DNA of 64,000 bases. It comes from Raineya sp. (lineage in GTDB: Bacteria; Bacteroidota; Bacteroidia; Cytophagales; Thermonemataceae). Shown one piece after another: positions 27,559 to 36,339 of this stretch. The notes under the pieces were generated by a model. It was given only the letters and a program-made list of their open reading frames with translations, was not told where the DNA came from and searched no databases. The DNA lies in NCBI GenBank assembly GCA_025454915.1, contig JALONN010000010.1, positions 12,339-76,338 of the forward strand, written 5' to 3'. The position numbers and the translations under genes are program-made. How positions within the stretch are numbered: position 1 is the stretch's first letter; the number at the start of each line of letters is the position of its first letter.

Positions 27559-28254
27559 ATGAATCATCCTAAGAACTCTCAAAAACTCTGGCTTCAATGG
27601 ACATTTAATTGTGCTTTAGGCGAATTGTTAGGGATAGGTGTAGCAGGAGCTATTGCTTTTACAGTAAATCATCTTGTTGGAGAGCCTCAAAATATTTCTC
27701 AAAAATTACTGATTTTGAGCTGTATGATGGTGGCAGGACTCATAGAAGGAAGTTTTTTAGGTTTCTTTCAGTGGAAAGTATTATCAAAAAAATTTACTCT
27801 TATTCCTCAAAAGTCTTGGATGCTCTCAACTATCCTGATAGCTGTTTTGGGTTGGTTTTTAGGGATGTTGCCTTCTCTATTCCTGATTCCCACAGAATCA
27901 GTTTCTTCTGAGAGTTCCTTCAATTTTGAAAGTCTTTGGGTCATAGCTTTTTTGAGTATTGGAATGGGTTTGGTATTGGGAGCTATTTTTGGACTTTTTC
28001 AGTGGTTTGTATTCAGAAAATATGCTCTTAGAGCTACTCAATGGATTTGGGCAAATGCTTTGGGTTGGGCTGTAGGGCTTAGCTGGATTTATGTATTTGC
28101 TTCTATTCCTACAGAACATTCAAGTATATATTTCAATGTAGCGATGGGTGTTTTAGGAGGTTTGTTGGGTGGTTTGAGTGTAGGAGCTGTTACAGGCATA
28201 TATTTTCTGAAAATTAAACCTAAAAGTGAAATTCTGGTAAAACAAAGTATCTAA
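27559..28254 (+). CDS. integral membrane protein with an internal duplication
   Basis: GLIEGSFLGFFQWKVLSKKF...LGWFLGM versus GLVLGAIFGLFQWFVFRKYA...LGWAVGL. Confidence 0.5.
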   Translation: MNHPKNSQKLWLQWTFNCALGELLGIGVAGAIAFTVNHLVGEPQNISQKLLILSCMMVAGLIEGSFLGFFQWKVLSKKFTLIPQKSWMLSTILIAVLGWFLGMLPSLFLIPTESVSSESSFNFESLWVIAFLSIGMGLVLGAIFGLFQWFVFRKYALRATQWIWANALGWAVGLSWIYVFASIPTEHSSIYFNVAMGVLGGLLGGLSVGAVTGIYFLKIKPKSEILVKQSI

Positions 28255-28258
28255 TAGT

Positions 28259-28927
28259 ATGTGGTTAGCTCTTCTGACAGGTTTGTTTGGTAGTATGCAC
28301 TGTGTAGGTATGTGTGGGGCAATCGCTCTTACATTGCCCTCAAGAACGTTTCTAGGGAATTTATTATACAACACAGGCAGAATACTTTCTTATACTCTGA
28401 TAGGTTTCTTATTTGGGAGTTTTGGAAAAGGCTTAAACTTAATAGGCATACAACAATATATTTCTATTAGCTTGGGGCTAGTCATCATTGTAGCAGTTTT
28501 TATTCCTTATTTATTGAAGTTTTCTTTTTTAGATTCTTCATTTACAAAGTTTAAACAATTGTTTACACCTTTTTTCAAGAGAAAAAATCATTTTTCTTTA
28601 CTGATGATCGGTGTTCTAAACGGCTTCTTACCTTGTGGTCTGATTTACTTAGCAATTATTGGTTCGGTAGTGATGGCAGAACCCTTGGAGGGAGCTTTAT
28701 ATATGTTTTTATTTGGTGTGGGAACGCTTCCGATGATGCTAAGTCTTACAATTTATAAAAACCTGCTTACAGCAGAGTGGAGAAGGAAAATATTCAAGAT
28801 GATGCCCATGTTTGCAGTCATGGTAGGTATTTTGCTTATTTTTAGAGGCTTAAACTTAGGAATACCTTATATAAGTCCTTATATCGAACCTGCTTCTCAA
28901 ACTGTAGAATGTGGAGTAAAACACTAG
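28259..28927 (+). CDS. sulfite exporter TauE/SafE-like (DsbD_2-type) membrane protein of cco accessory clusters
   Basis: MWLALLTGLFGSMHCVGMCGAIAL, LNGFLPCGLIYLA. Confidence 0.65.
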   Translation: MWLALLTGLFGSMHCVGMCGAIALTLPSRTFLGNLLYNTGRILSYTLIGFLFGSFGKGLNLIGIQQYISISLGLVIIVAVFIPYLLKFSFLDSSFTKFKQLFTPFFKRKNHFSLLMIGVLNGFLPCGLIYLAIIGSVVMAEPLEGALYMFLFGVGTLPMMLSLTIYKNLLTAEWRRKIFKMMPMFAVMVGILLIFRGLNLGIPYISPYIEPASQTVECGVKH

Positions 28928-30675
28928 ATATATACTTTACAGCCATAGGGAATATACTGTTTAATATCTGTGAGACGGAGTCCTGTTTTACGCAATTTTA
29001 GCTTTTTCAGATTGGTCAGTTTCTTGATGCTTTCAGGAAATTTTTTCAGAATATTTCCATCTAATGTTAGTGTCTGTAGGTTCTCTAGTTCTCCAATACT
29101 TTCAGGCAAGGTTTCAAGTTTATTATGCGATAAGGCAAGCCTTCTTAGTTTTTTGAGTGTTCCAATACTTTCAGGAATATTTTCCAAAGCATTATGTTCT
29201 AAATTTAAAACTGTTAAATTCTGAAAATTAGAAATTCTTTCAGATAAAACACTTAGTAAATTATGATCCAAATGGAGTTCTGTTAGTCTCTGTAATTCAA
29301 AAAAGTTTTCAGGAAGACTAGAAATTTGATTTTGAATAATATTAAAAACTGCTAAATTATGCAGTCTGCCAATACTTTCAGGTAAGAATTCCAGCTTGTT
29401 ATGTGCTAATGCAAGAAAAGATAAATCTTTGATGTCTAAAAGAAAATTAAAATCTTCAATCTGATTTTGGCTTAAATCGAGTTTCCTTAAAGCCTTCAAA
29501 TCTTGAAACGAAGTAGGTAATTTCTGTATTTGATTGTTCTTTAAGTTTAAAAAATTCAAAGACTTGAGATTGCCAAAATTATCGGGTAATGTTTGTAGTT
29601 TGTTGTTGGAAGCATCCAAGTGTTTGAGTTTTTCAAGCTCTCCAAAATGCTCAGAAAGAGTTGTTAACTGGTTGTTTTGCAATTCTATTTTATCAAGAGC
29701 CAATGTATTACCAAAAATCTTTTTCCCAAATGTTTTAGGTAATGTTTCCAATTGATTATTGACTAAGTTTAGGTCAATGAGTTTATAGAGATTTCCAAAA
29801 CTCTCAGGAAGAGCATTTAATTTATTATCTTCTAAATTTAGAGTGATTAAATTAGTGAGGTTTCCAAAGTTTTCGGGCAAATATGTGATTTGGTTATTTT
29901 TTAAGTTTAAAATCTGTAAATTTTGTAGTTGTCCAAAGTTTTCAGGCAATACCTTCAATAAATTCTGTCTTAAGTCCAAGTTTTTAAGAGAAATTAAACC
30001 TTTTAGAATTTGTGGTAGCTCTGTTAACTGATTGTAGCTTAGATTTAAAACATTGAGCTTTTTTAAATTTTCCAAATTTGATAGATGTTCCAGAGCATTT
30101 CCTGATAAATTCAAATTTTCAAGATTCTCTAAAAAAACAAATAAATTTGGGTTATTTTGAAACTCTTGATTCCAAAGAATGCCTAAATTCTTTAAGTTCT
30201 TTAGATGACTGATGCTTTCGGGTAAAGTTTCTAATTGAGAAGAAGATATTTGTAACGTTTCTAACTGTTTGAGTTTTCCAATATTTTCAGGGAGAGCTTT
30301 TATATCACACTGAATTAAACTTAAAGTAACTAAACCAGATAAATTCCCGATACTTTCAGGTAAATATTCAATAGGGCAATAGCTAAACTGGGCGGTCACT
30401 ACATTAGAAAGTATTCCTATGGCTTCTGGAATAGCTGTAATATTCCTTGAGGTAATACCAATATACTGAACTTTCTTTAATTTTTTGCCATAACGAGGGT
30501 AATTATGAGTATCTAAAAACTCAACTAGTTCTTTATATTGCTCTACGGTATGCCCAAAATGAGCTTTAAACTCTTCTTGGTGGTTTTCTGCCAAAAGAAG
30601 AGCCAACTCAATATTGCTTTCATCATCACTGTCCAGAAGCTCTAAAAGATTCTGAAATTCTTTTGAGTTTTGCAT
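28924..30675 (-). CDS. leucine-rich repeat (LRR) protein, about 20 repeats of 23 aa, no signal peptide
   Basis: Repeats of the type L..L..L.L..N.L..LPE.IG.L, for example LKHLDASNNKLQTLPDNFGNLKSLNFLNLKNNQIQKLPTSF. The polar helical N-terminus is MQNSKEFQNLLELLDSDDESNIELALLL. Confidence 0.85.
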   Translation of the reverse strand: MQNSKEFQNLLELLDSDDESNIELALLLAENHQEEFKAHFGHTVEQYKELVEFLDTHNYPRYGKKLKKVQYIGITSRNITAIPEAIGILSNVVTAQFSYCPIEYLPESIGNLSGLVTLSLIQCDIKALPENIGKLKQLETLQISSSQLETLPESISHLKNLKNLGILWNQEFQNNPNLFVFLENLENLNLSGNALEHLSNLENLKKLNVLNLSYNQLTELPQILKGLISLKNLDLRQNLLKVLPENFGQLQNLQILNLKNNQITYLPENFGNLTNLITLNLEDNKLNALPESFGNLYKLIDLNLVNNQLETLPKTFGKKIFGNTLALDKIELQNNQLTTLSEHFGELEKLKHLDASNNKLQTLPDNFGNLKSLNFLNLKNNQIQKLPTSFQDLKALRKLDLSQNQIEDFNFLLDIKDLSFLALAHNKLEFLPESIGRLHNLAVFNIIQNQISSLPENFFELQRLTELHLDHNLLSVLSERISNFQNLTVLNLEHNALENIPESIGTLKKLRRLALSHNKLETLPESIGELENLQTLTLDGNILKKFPESIKKLTNLKKLKLRKTGLRLTDIKQYIPYGCKVYI

Positions 30676-30678
30676 AAA

Positions 30679-31220
30679 TTACTCTAAGTCAAGTCCTAAA
30701 CGATTTCTTAAATCATCTAATAAAGCATGTTTTTGAGCTAAAAACTGCCATTTTTCTGTATTTGTATAAGGGACGGCTTTGCGTTCTTCTATTTTGAGTA
30801 ATTCAGTTTCAATTTGAATCGAAAAGCCATTTTGAAGTTGTTTTTGTAAGAACAATACCCAAGCCCCTTTATTTTTCTGAACGTGTTCTTGTTGAATAGG
30901 ATTGTCTAATTTCAGATAAATAACAGGACTTTTCCACTCAAAAGCTCTGTCTAAAATAGTTACTTCAAGCCACTCAGCCATTTGGCGTTTATGTTCCAAA
31001 AGACTATGCCAAGCTGTCTGCAATTCTTCTAAAGAAATATCTCGAACACCAAATACAACATTTTGTTCCAAGCTATCCTTTTTTTCCACTACAGATTGGT
31101 GTTTGGCTTGTTCAACCAGTTTATTTTGGAGAGTAGAGGTACTTGGGATAGTGAAGGTACTTTTAAAATCTTCTTTTTTAGCTTGAATATTAGGGTTTAA
31201 TTGCTCAGGACTTTTTTTTT
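30679..31220 (-). CDS. dnaX: dnaX continuation in the -1 frame (tau-specific C-terminal region); track ORF 30679-31089 is its distal part
   Basis: Own translation of the -1 frame from the A-run: (K)SPEQLNPNIQAKKEDFKSTFTIPSTSTLQNKLVEQAKHQSVVEKKDSLEQNVVFG...AVPYTNTEKWQFLAQKHALLDDLRNRLGLDLE*, with no stop. The C-terminal motif resembles Bacteroidota DnaX tails as I recall them. Confidence 0.7.
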
Positions 31221-32363
31221 TACATCCTCCGATATAGCCTGTGGAGGAATTTTGGCTAATTCAATAGCTTGTTGTAAATGAGCAATCTTCATCAGACTGA
31301 TTTCTACAAGCAATTTGGGGTTTTTACTATTTTTATACTGAATATCAACTTGTTGAAGGCTGTTCATGGCAGAAATAAGCCAAGAAAGCGATACTTTGGA
31401 GGCTTGTTCAGCATAACGTCTTTTCACTTCATCAGCAGTTTCAAGGAGTTGAAGGGTAATGGTATCTTTGCTTACAAGCAGATTTCTCCAGTGTTCGCTA
31501 AGCCCAACCACAAACAAATGTCCATCAAAGCCTTTTTTTAGAATTTCATCAAATAAAAGTAACGACTGACTTAAATTGCTATTAATGAGCTCATCTGTGA
31601 TCTTAAAATAATAGTCATAATCTAAAATATGCAGATTTTCAATCGTTTTTTGATAATTGATTGTATTATCTGAAGAAAAAGTCACAATCAAATCAAACAT
31701 GGAAAGAGCATCACGCAAGCCTCCGTCAGCTTTTTGAGCAATCAGATGCAAGGCTTGGGGTTCAGCCTTGATGTTCTCTTTCTGGGCAATTCCTGCCAGA
31801 TGTCCTGCAATATCCTGAATACGAATTCTATTGAAGTCAAAAATCTGACAACGAGAAAGAATTGTAGGGATAATTTTATGTTTTTCGGTCGTTGCTAAAA
31901 TGAAAATAGCATATTTGGGAGGTTCTTCAAGCGTTTTTAAGAATGCATTGAAAGCTGCATTTGAAAGCATGTGAACCTCATCTATGATATAGATTTTATA
32001 TTTTCCGTTTTGAGGAGGATAACGAACCTGCTCCACCAAATTGCGAATATCATCCACAGAGTTGTTGGAGGCAGCGTCCAATTCATGAATATTGAAAGAA
32101 GCATTATTTTGAAATGCTACACACGACTCACATTTTCCGCAGGCTTCACCTTCGGAAGTAAGATCTTGACAGTTAATGGTTTTAGCTAAAATTCTGGCAC
32201 AAGTAGTTTTACCAACACCTCTGGGTCCACAAAATAAAAAAGCTTGTGCTAAATGATTATTCTGAATAGCATTTTTTAGGGTAGTTGTAATATGCTCTTG
32301 CCCTACAACAGTGTCAAAGGTTGCAGGTCTGTATTTACGAGCCGATACTATGAAATTATCCAT
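31197..32363 (-). CDS. dnaX: DNA polymerase III subunit gamma/tau, zero-frame product (clamp-loader ATPase domains)
   Basis: GPRGVGKTT Walker A, CGKCESCVAF zinc module, IYIIDEVHMLS Walker B, ILSRCQIFDF SRC motif. Confidence 0.92.
   Translation of the reverse strand: MDNFIVSARKYRPATFDTVVGQEHITTTLKNAIQNNHLAQAFLFCGPRGVGKTTCARILAKTINCQDLTSEGEACGKCESCVAFQNNASFNIHELDAASNNSVDDIRNLVEQVRYPPQNGKYKIYIIDEVHMLSNAAFNAFLKTLEEPPKYAIFILATTEKHKIIPTILSRCQIFDFNRIRIQDIAGHLAGIAQKENIKAEPQALHLIAQKADGGLRDALSMFDLIVTFSSDNTINYQKTIENLHILDYDYYFKITDELINSNLSQSLLLFDEILKKGFDGHLFVVGLSEHWRNLLVSKDTITLQLLETADEVKRRYAEQASKVSLSWLISAMNSLQQVDIQYKNSKNPKLLVEISLMKIAHLQQAIELAKIPPQAISEDVKKKVLSN
31212..31221 (-). promoter_or_regulatory. 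A10 homopolymer (coding strand): candidate slippery site for -1 ribosomal frameshift or transcriptional slippage in dnaX
   Basis: The coding strand reads GAT GTA AAA AAA AAA GTC CTG AGC AAT TAA. The -1 frame is open from here to 30679. Confidence 0.5.
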
Positions 32364-32367
32364 ATTT

Positions 32368-32751
32368 TTAAGGCAACATTTCTACTGCTTTCAGTAATTT
32401 TTCTTTTGAAAAAGGTTTAACAACATAATCTAAAACTTCTGTATATTTTTTGGCTTTATCAAAATCAGCTTGATTAATAGAAGATGAAAGCATAAATATA
32501 TAAGTATGATTTTTTCTTATAGGCAGAAATCTTTCCAAAAACTCCCAACCATCCATTTCTGGCATATTGATGTCCAAGAAGATAATATCAGGATGGTTAT
32601 TGTTTCCACTTGAAAGATAGTTAAGAGCTTCTTCTGCTCTTAAAAATGACATTACATGGTTACTTTCCTGAACTTTTTTAATAACAGATTCGCAGACTAA
32701 GTTATTGATTTTGTCATCGTCTATAACTAAATAAAAGTAGCTCTTACTCAT
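32368..32751 (-). CDS. stand-alone response regulator receiver (CheY-like)
   Basis: LVIDDD, FLDINMPEMDG, VVKPF. Confidence 0.8.
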   Translation of the reverse strand: MSKSYFYLVIDDDKINNLVCESVIKKVQESNHVMSFLRAEEALNYLSSGNNNHPDIIFLDINMPEMDGWEFLERFLPIRKNHTYIFMLSSSINQADFDKAKKYTEVLDYVVKPFSKEKLLKAVEMLP

Positions 32752-32819
32752 TAGGTGCTGAAGTTGATTTATTTAAAACATCATAAAATAAATAAAGTTG
32801 AGAGATTAAAATGCTATGA

Positions 32820-33533
32820 TTATGATTTTTTTAAAGCTATTTCATATTGAGAGCTTACTTCCTGCCAATTAATCACATTCCAAAATGCTTGTATGTAGTC
32901 AGCTCTTTTATTTTGATATTTAAGATAATAGGCATGTTCCCATATATCTAAGCCCAAAATAGGGGTTGCTGATATTTTATAAAAATTTTTCATGAGCAAA
33001 TTATCTTGATTCGGTGTATTTTCCAAGAATAAGCCCTTTTTTTTATTAAAACTTAGCCATGTCCAGCCTGAGCCAAATAAAGATTTTGCTTTCTCTGTAA
33101 AAGTTTCTTTAAACTTCTCAAAACTACCAAATTGTTGATTAATACTTTCAGCAAGTTTTCCTGAGGGTTTTCCTTCTGACTGTGGACTGAGGGTTTTCCA
33201 AAAAAGACTATGGTTGTAATGACCACCAGCATTATTACGTATTTTTGCGTCTTTAAGACTTACTTTTTCTAAAATTTGCTCTAAACTCAACTTCTCAAAG
33301 GGTGTTCCTACAATAGCCTCATTAAGATTTTTTACATATGCAACATGGTGCTTTCCATGATGAATCTGCATGGTTTGGGTATCAAAATGTGGTTCTAAAG
33401 CTGCAAAATCGTAGGGTAAAGGAGGAAGTTCAAAAGCGAGAAATGGCTGGGATTTTGCCCATATAAAATCGGGCTGAATAGCCAATACAGATGCTAAAAT
33501 AGCACTTTTTTCAATAAAATCACGGCGTTTCAT
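32820..33533 (-). CDS. Fe/Mn superoxide dismutase with a Tat-type signal peptide
   Basis: MKRRDFIEKSAILASVLAIQPDFIWA leader (ATG at 33533, 10 codons inside the track ORF). Then LPPLPYDFAALEPHFDTQTMQIHHGKHH and DIWEHAYYLKYQN. Confidence 0.9.
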   Translation of the reverse strand: MKRRDFIEKSAILASVLAIQPDFIWAKSQPFLAFELPPLPYDFAALEPHFDTQTMQIHHGKHHVAYVKNLNEAIVGTPFEKLSLEQILEKVSLKDAKIRNNAGGHYNHSLFWKTLSPQSEGKPSGKLAESINQQFGSFEKFKETFTEKAKSLFGSGWTWLSFNKKKGLFLENTPNQDNLLMKNFYKISATPILGLDIWEHAYYLKYQNKRADYIQAFWNVINWQEVSSQYEIALKKS

Positions 33534-33687
33534 ACAAACTGGTTTTGTAGTAATAAAACTCAAAATAACGATTTTTCAGATATTACACCAATAAAAATGA
33601 GAAAAATATTCTAAAACACTAATATTCCAAAAGTTTTAAACCTCTTGGAATATTGTATGATAAACTTGGAGAGTAAAATTAGAGTAA

Positions 33688-34152
33688 TTATTGCATCTGT
33701 CTTAAATAAGCTGATAAATCTTCCCATTCTGCAATCTTAAGCCATCGGTTTGTTATATCATCCTCATGACACCATAAATACAATAGAATAGAGGGATTTT
33801 CTAAATTTTCTCTGTAATCTAAGGCAAGTGGAGTATCTGAACCCCATCCAAAATCTGCAAATAAAAGGCATTTTTCATAATCAATATCAACAGGAGGCAT
33901 GATATCTGTTGGAAAACTTATAATATGATCATTCCATCTTGGTATGGCAAGTGTTTCTCTTTCAGCTAATTGTAAGTCATAAAAATCAATATCTTCTATT
34001 TCTGGAAAAGAATAAATATCTCCAAAAATGGAATAAAAGCGTGTTATTTTCTCACTTAAAAATTGAACAATTTCTTTGTGATAAACATCTTTAATACTAA
34101 AAAGATACTGTACTTTTTGCTTGATTGAAATCTCCACCATAACATTATGCAA
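33688..34152 (-). CDS. hypothetical protein, SUKH/immunity-like
   Basis: [47 protein letters not shown] resembles SUKH-type C-terminal halves. It overlaps the mnmA stop by 8 nt. Confidence 0.35.
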   Translation of the reverse strand: MHNVMVEISIKQKVQYLFSIKDVYHKEIVQFLSEKITRFYSIFGDIYSFPEIEDIDFYDLQLAERETLAIPRWNDHIISFPTDIMPPVDIDYEKCLLFADFGWGSDTPLALDYRENLENPSILLYLWCHEDDITNRWLKIAEWEDLSAYLRQMQ

Positions 34153-35320
34153 TCACACCAGAACCTACCAATTCCTCACCATCGTACCAAGCTACAAATT
34201 GCCCAGGGGTTACACTTTGCTGTTTTTCATTAAAAATAACATACAGTCCTTCTGGTTCTTGGTGTAAAGTTACTTTACTAAGGGGCTGACGATAACGAAT
34301 ACGAGCCTTGTATTCACGTTTTTCACCAATGCTGAGTTTTAAATCTTCCCTAATCCAATGTACATCAGTGTTTGCCACAAAAAGCCCTTTTCTGTTGAGT
34401 CCTGGGTGGTCATTACCTTGTCCTACATAAATAACATTTTTTTCAACATCAGTAGCAATCACAAACAAAGGTTTGGGTTTACCACCTACCTGTAAGCCTT
34501 TTCGTTGCCCAATGGTATAAAAATGAGAGCCAATGTGTTCACCTACAATTTTTCCATACTCAGGCTCATAACGATAGGGAGCTGTGAGGCTTTCAAGGGT
34601 ATCTTGTGTATTCTGCTCAGAAAAAACAAAGCTATCTGCATTAATTTCAATGATTTTCCCTGTTTTGGGAGATAATTGTTGTTGTAAAAATTCGGGCAGG
34701 CGAATTTTACCCACAAAACAAAGTCCTTGAGAATCTTTCTTTTCGGCTGTAATGAGGTCTAATTTTTTAGCTATTGCCCTTACCTCTGGTTTGAGTAAGC
34801 CACCAATCGGGAAGAGAGCCTTAGAAAGTTGTTCTTGTGTAAGCTGACATAAAAAATAGCTTTGGTCTTTGTTGGGGTCTTTGCCTGCAAGCAAACGATG
34901 AATCACTTTCCCATCTTTTTCAATGGTATCTTTTTGGCAATAATGCCCCGTAGCTACATAATCAGCACCTAATTGCATGGCTGCTTTCAAAAATACATCA
35001 AACTTGATTTCTCTATTACAAAGCACATCAGGGTTGGGTGTTCTGCCTGCTTCGTATTCTGCAAACATATAATCTACAATACGTTGTTTGTATTCTTTAC
35101 TCAAATCCAGTACACGAAACGGAATACCAAGTTTTTCAGCAACAATCAAAGCATCATTACTATCTTCTATCCAAGGACATTCGTTATTAATCACCACTGT
35201 TTCGTCGTGCCAGTTTTTCATGAAAATCCCAATTACCTCATAGCCTTGTTCTTGGAGCAAATAGGCTGAAACACTAGAATCAACACCACCAGAAAGCCCT
35301 ACAACAACTCTTTTTGACAT
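34145..35320 (-). CDS. mnmA: tRNA 2-thiouridine(34) synthase
   Basis: [15 protein letters not shown]-loop, [19 protein letters not shown]. Confidence 0.95.
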   Translation of the reverse strand: MSKRVVVGLSGGVDSSVSAYLLQEQGYEVIGIFMKNWHDETVVINNECPWIEDSNDALIVAEKLGIPFRVLDLSKEYKQRIVDYMFAEYEAGRTPNPDVLCNREIKFDVFLKAAMQLGADYVATGHYCQKDTIEKDGKVIHRLLAGKDPNKDQSYFLCQLTQEQLSKALFPIGGLLKPEVRAIAKKLDLITAEKKDSQGLCFVGKIRLPEFLQQQLSPKTGKIIEINADSFVFSEQNTQDTLESLTAPYRYEPEYGKIVGEHIGSHFYTIGQRKGLQVGGKPKPLFVIATDVEKNVIYVGQGNDHPGLNRKGLFVANTDVHWIREDLKLSIGEKREYKARIRYRQPLSKVTLHQEPEGLYVIFNEKQQSVTPGQFVAWYDGEELVGSGVIA

Positions 35321-35422
35321 ATTTTTGTATTTTAATTATAAAAATCTAAATTACTTCAATATTTTGAAGTGTTATAATCAACCAACAATTTTCTTTTTTT
35401 CATAGTTCAAAACTCTACAAAC

Positions 35423-36175
35423 TTGGAAAATAAACGTATTGGACTAAGCCTTTCTGGGGGTGGTGCAAGGGCTTTTGCTCATTTGGGTGTGCTGAAGGTA
35501 TTGGAAGAACAAAAAATAGAAATTTCCTGTATTTCAGGAACAAGCATGGGTGCAATTATTGGGGCATTTTGGGCAAAAGGGTATCCATCAGAAGAAATTT
35601 TACAGATTTTAAAAAAGATAAGATTTCGAAAATTCTTGCAATGGAACTGGAGTAAAGGAATTTTGAGTAGCCAGAAAATCTATAATTTCCTTAAACAATA
35701 CTTTCCTGAAAACTCTTTTAAAAGCCTGAAAATGCCTTTGTACGTGAGTTGTACAGATATGAAAGAATCTAAAACAGTTTGTTTCTCTAGCGGAAAACTC
35801 ATAGAACCTTTGGTAGGAAGTATCAGTGTACCGGGACTGATGATGCCTTTTAACCTGAAACATTACCAGCTTGCAGATGGAGGAATGTTGGAAAACCTTC
35901 CATCTGGTGTGCTGAAAGGAAAATGCGATTATCTAATAGGTGTACACAGCAATCCAGCCAATAAGAAAAATATCAAAACCTTAAGACAAAGCCTTGAAAA
36001 AGCATTTTTGATAACAATAGCCAATAACACTCACCATTCTAAGGAAATTTGTGATTTGCTCATCGAACCTCCAAAACTCTCACATTATCGTTTTTCCGAT
36101 TTTAAAAAAGCAACACAATTGTATGAAGAAGGCTATCTTTATAGTAAAAAGCTATTAAATAACTTTGTTTTATAA
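35423..36175 (+). CDS. patatin-like phospholipase
   Basis: GLSLSGGGARAFAHLGVLKVLEE, GTSMGA (GxSxG), ADGGMLENLP (Asp of the dyad). TTG start. Confidence 0.8.
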   Translation: MENKRIGLSLSGGGARAFAHLGVLKVLEEQKIEISCISGTSMGAIIGAFWAKGYPSEEILQILKKIRFRKFLQWNWSKGILSSQKIYNFLKQYFPENSFKSLKMPLYVSCTDMKESKTVCFSSGKLIEPLVGSISVPGLMMPFNLKHYQLADGGMLENLPSGVLKGKCDYLIGVHSNPANKKNIKTLRQSLEKAFLITIANNTHHSKEICDLLIEPPKLSHYRFSDFKKATQLYEEGYLYSKKLLNNFVL

Positions 36176-36339
36176 AGTATATGGAATCATTTAGTAATGA
36201 AAGAGATAATGTTTTAAAAATAATTGTTGGATTTTAACACAATTTACGGTTTAACCTACTTTTTGAATTACATTTTTGTAAAAAATAATGGTTACTGAAC
36301 AAAAAAATAACAATATTACTTTTTTAATATCTTTAAAAT

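Noticed and set aside
28924-30675. Strong ~69-bp periodicity in the DNA, which looks superficially like an array. The same is seen at about 48000-48800.
   Set aside because: The period equals one 23-codon LRR unit inside long open reading frames. The units are only loosely similar at the nucleotide level and there is no repeat/spacer structure. These are coding repeats, not a CRISPR array.
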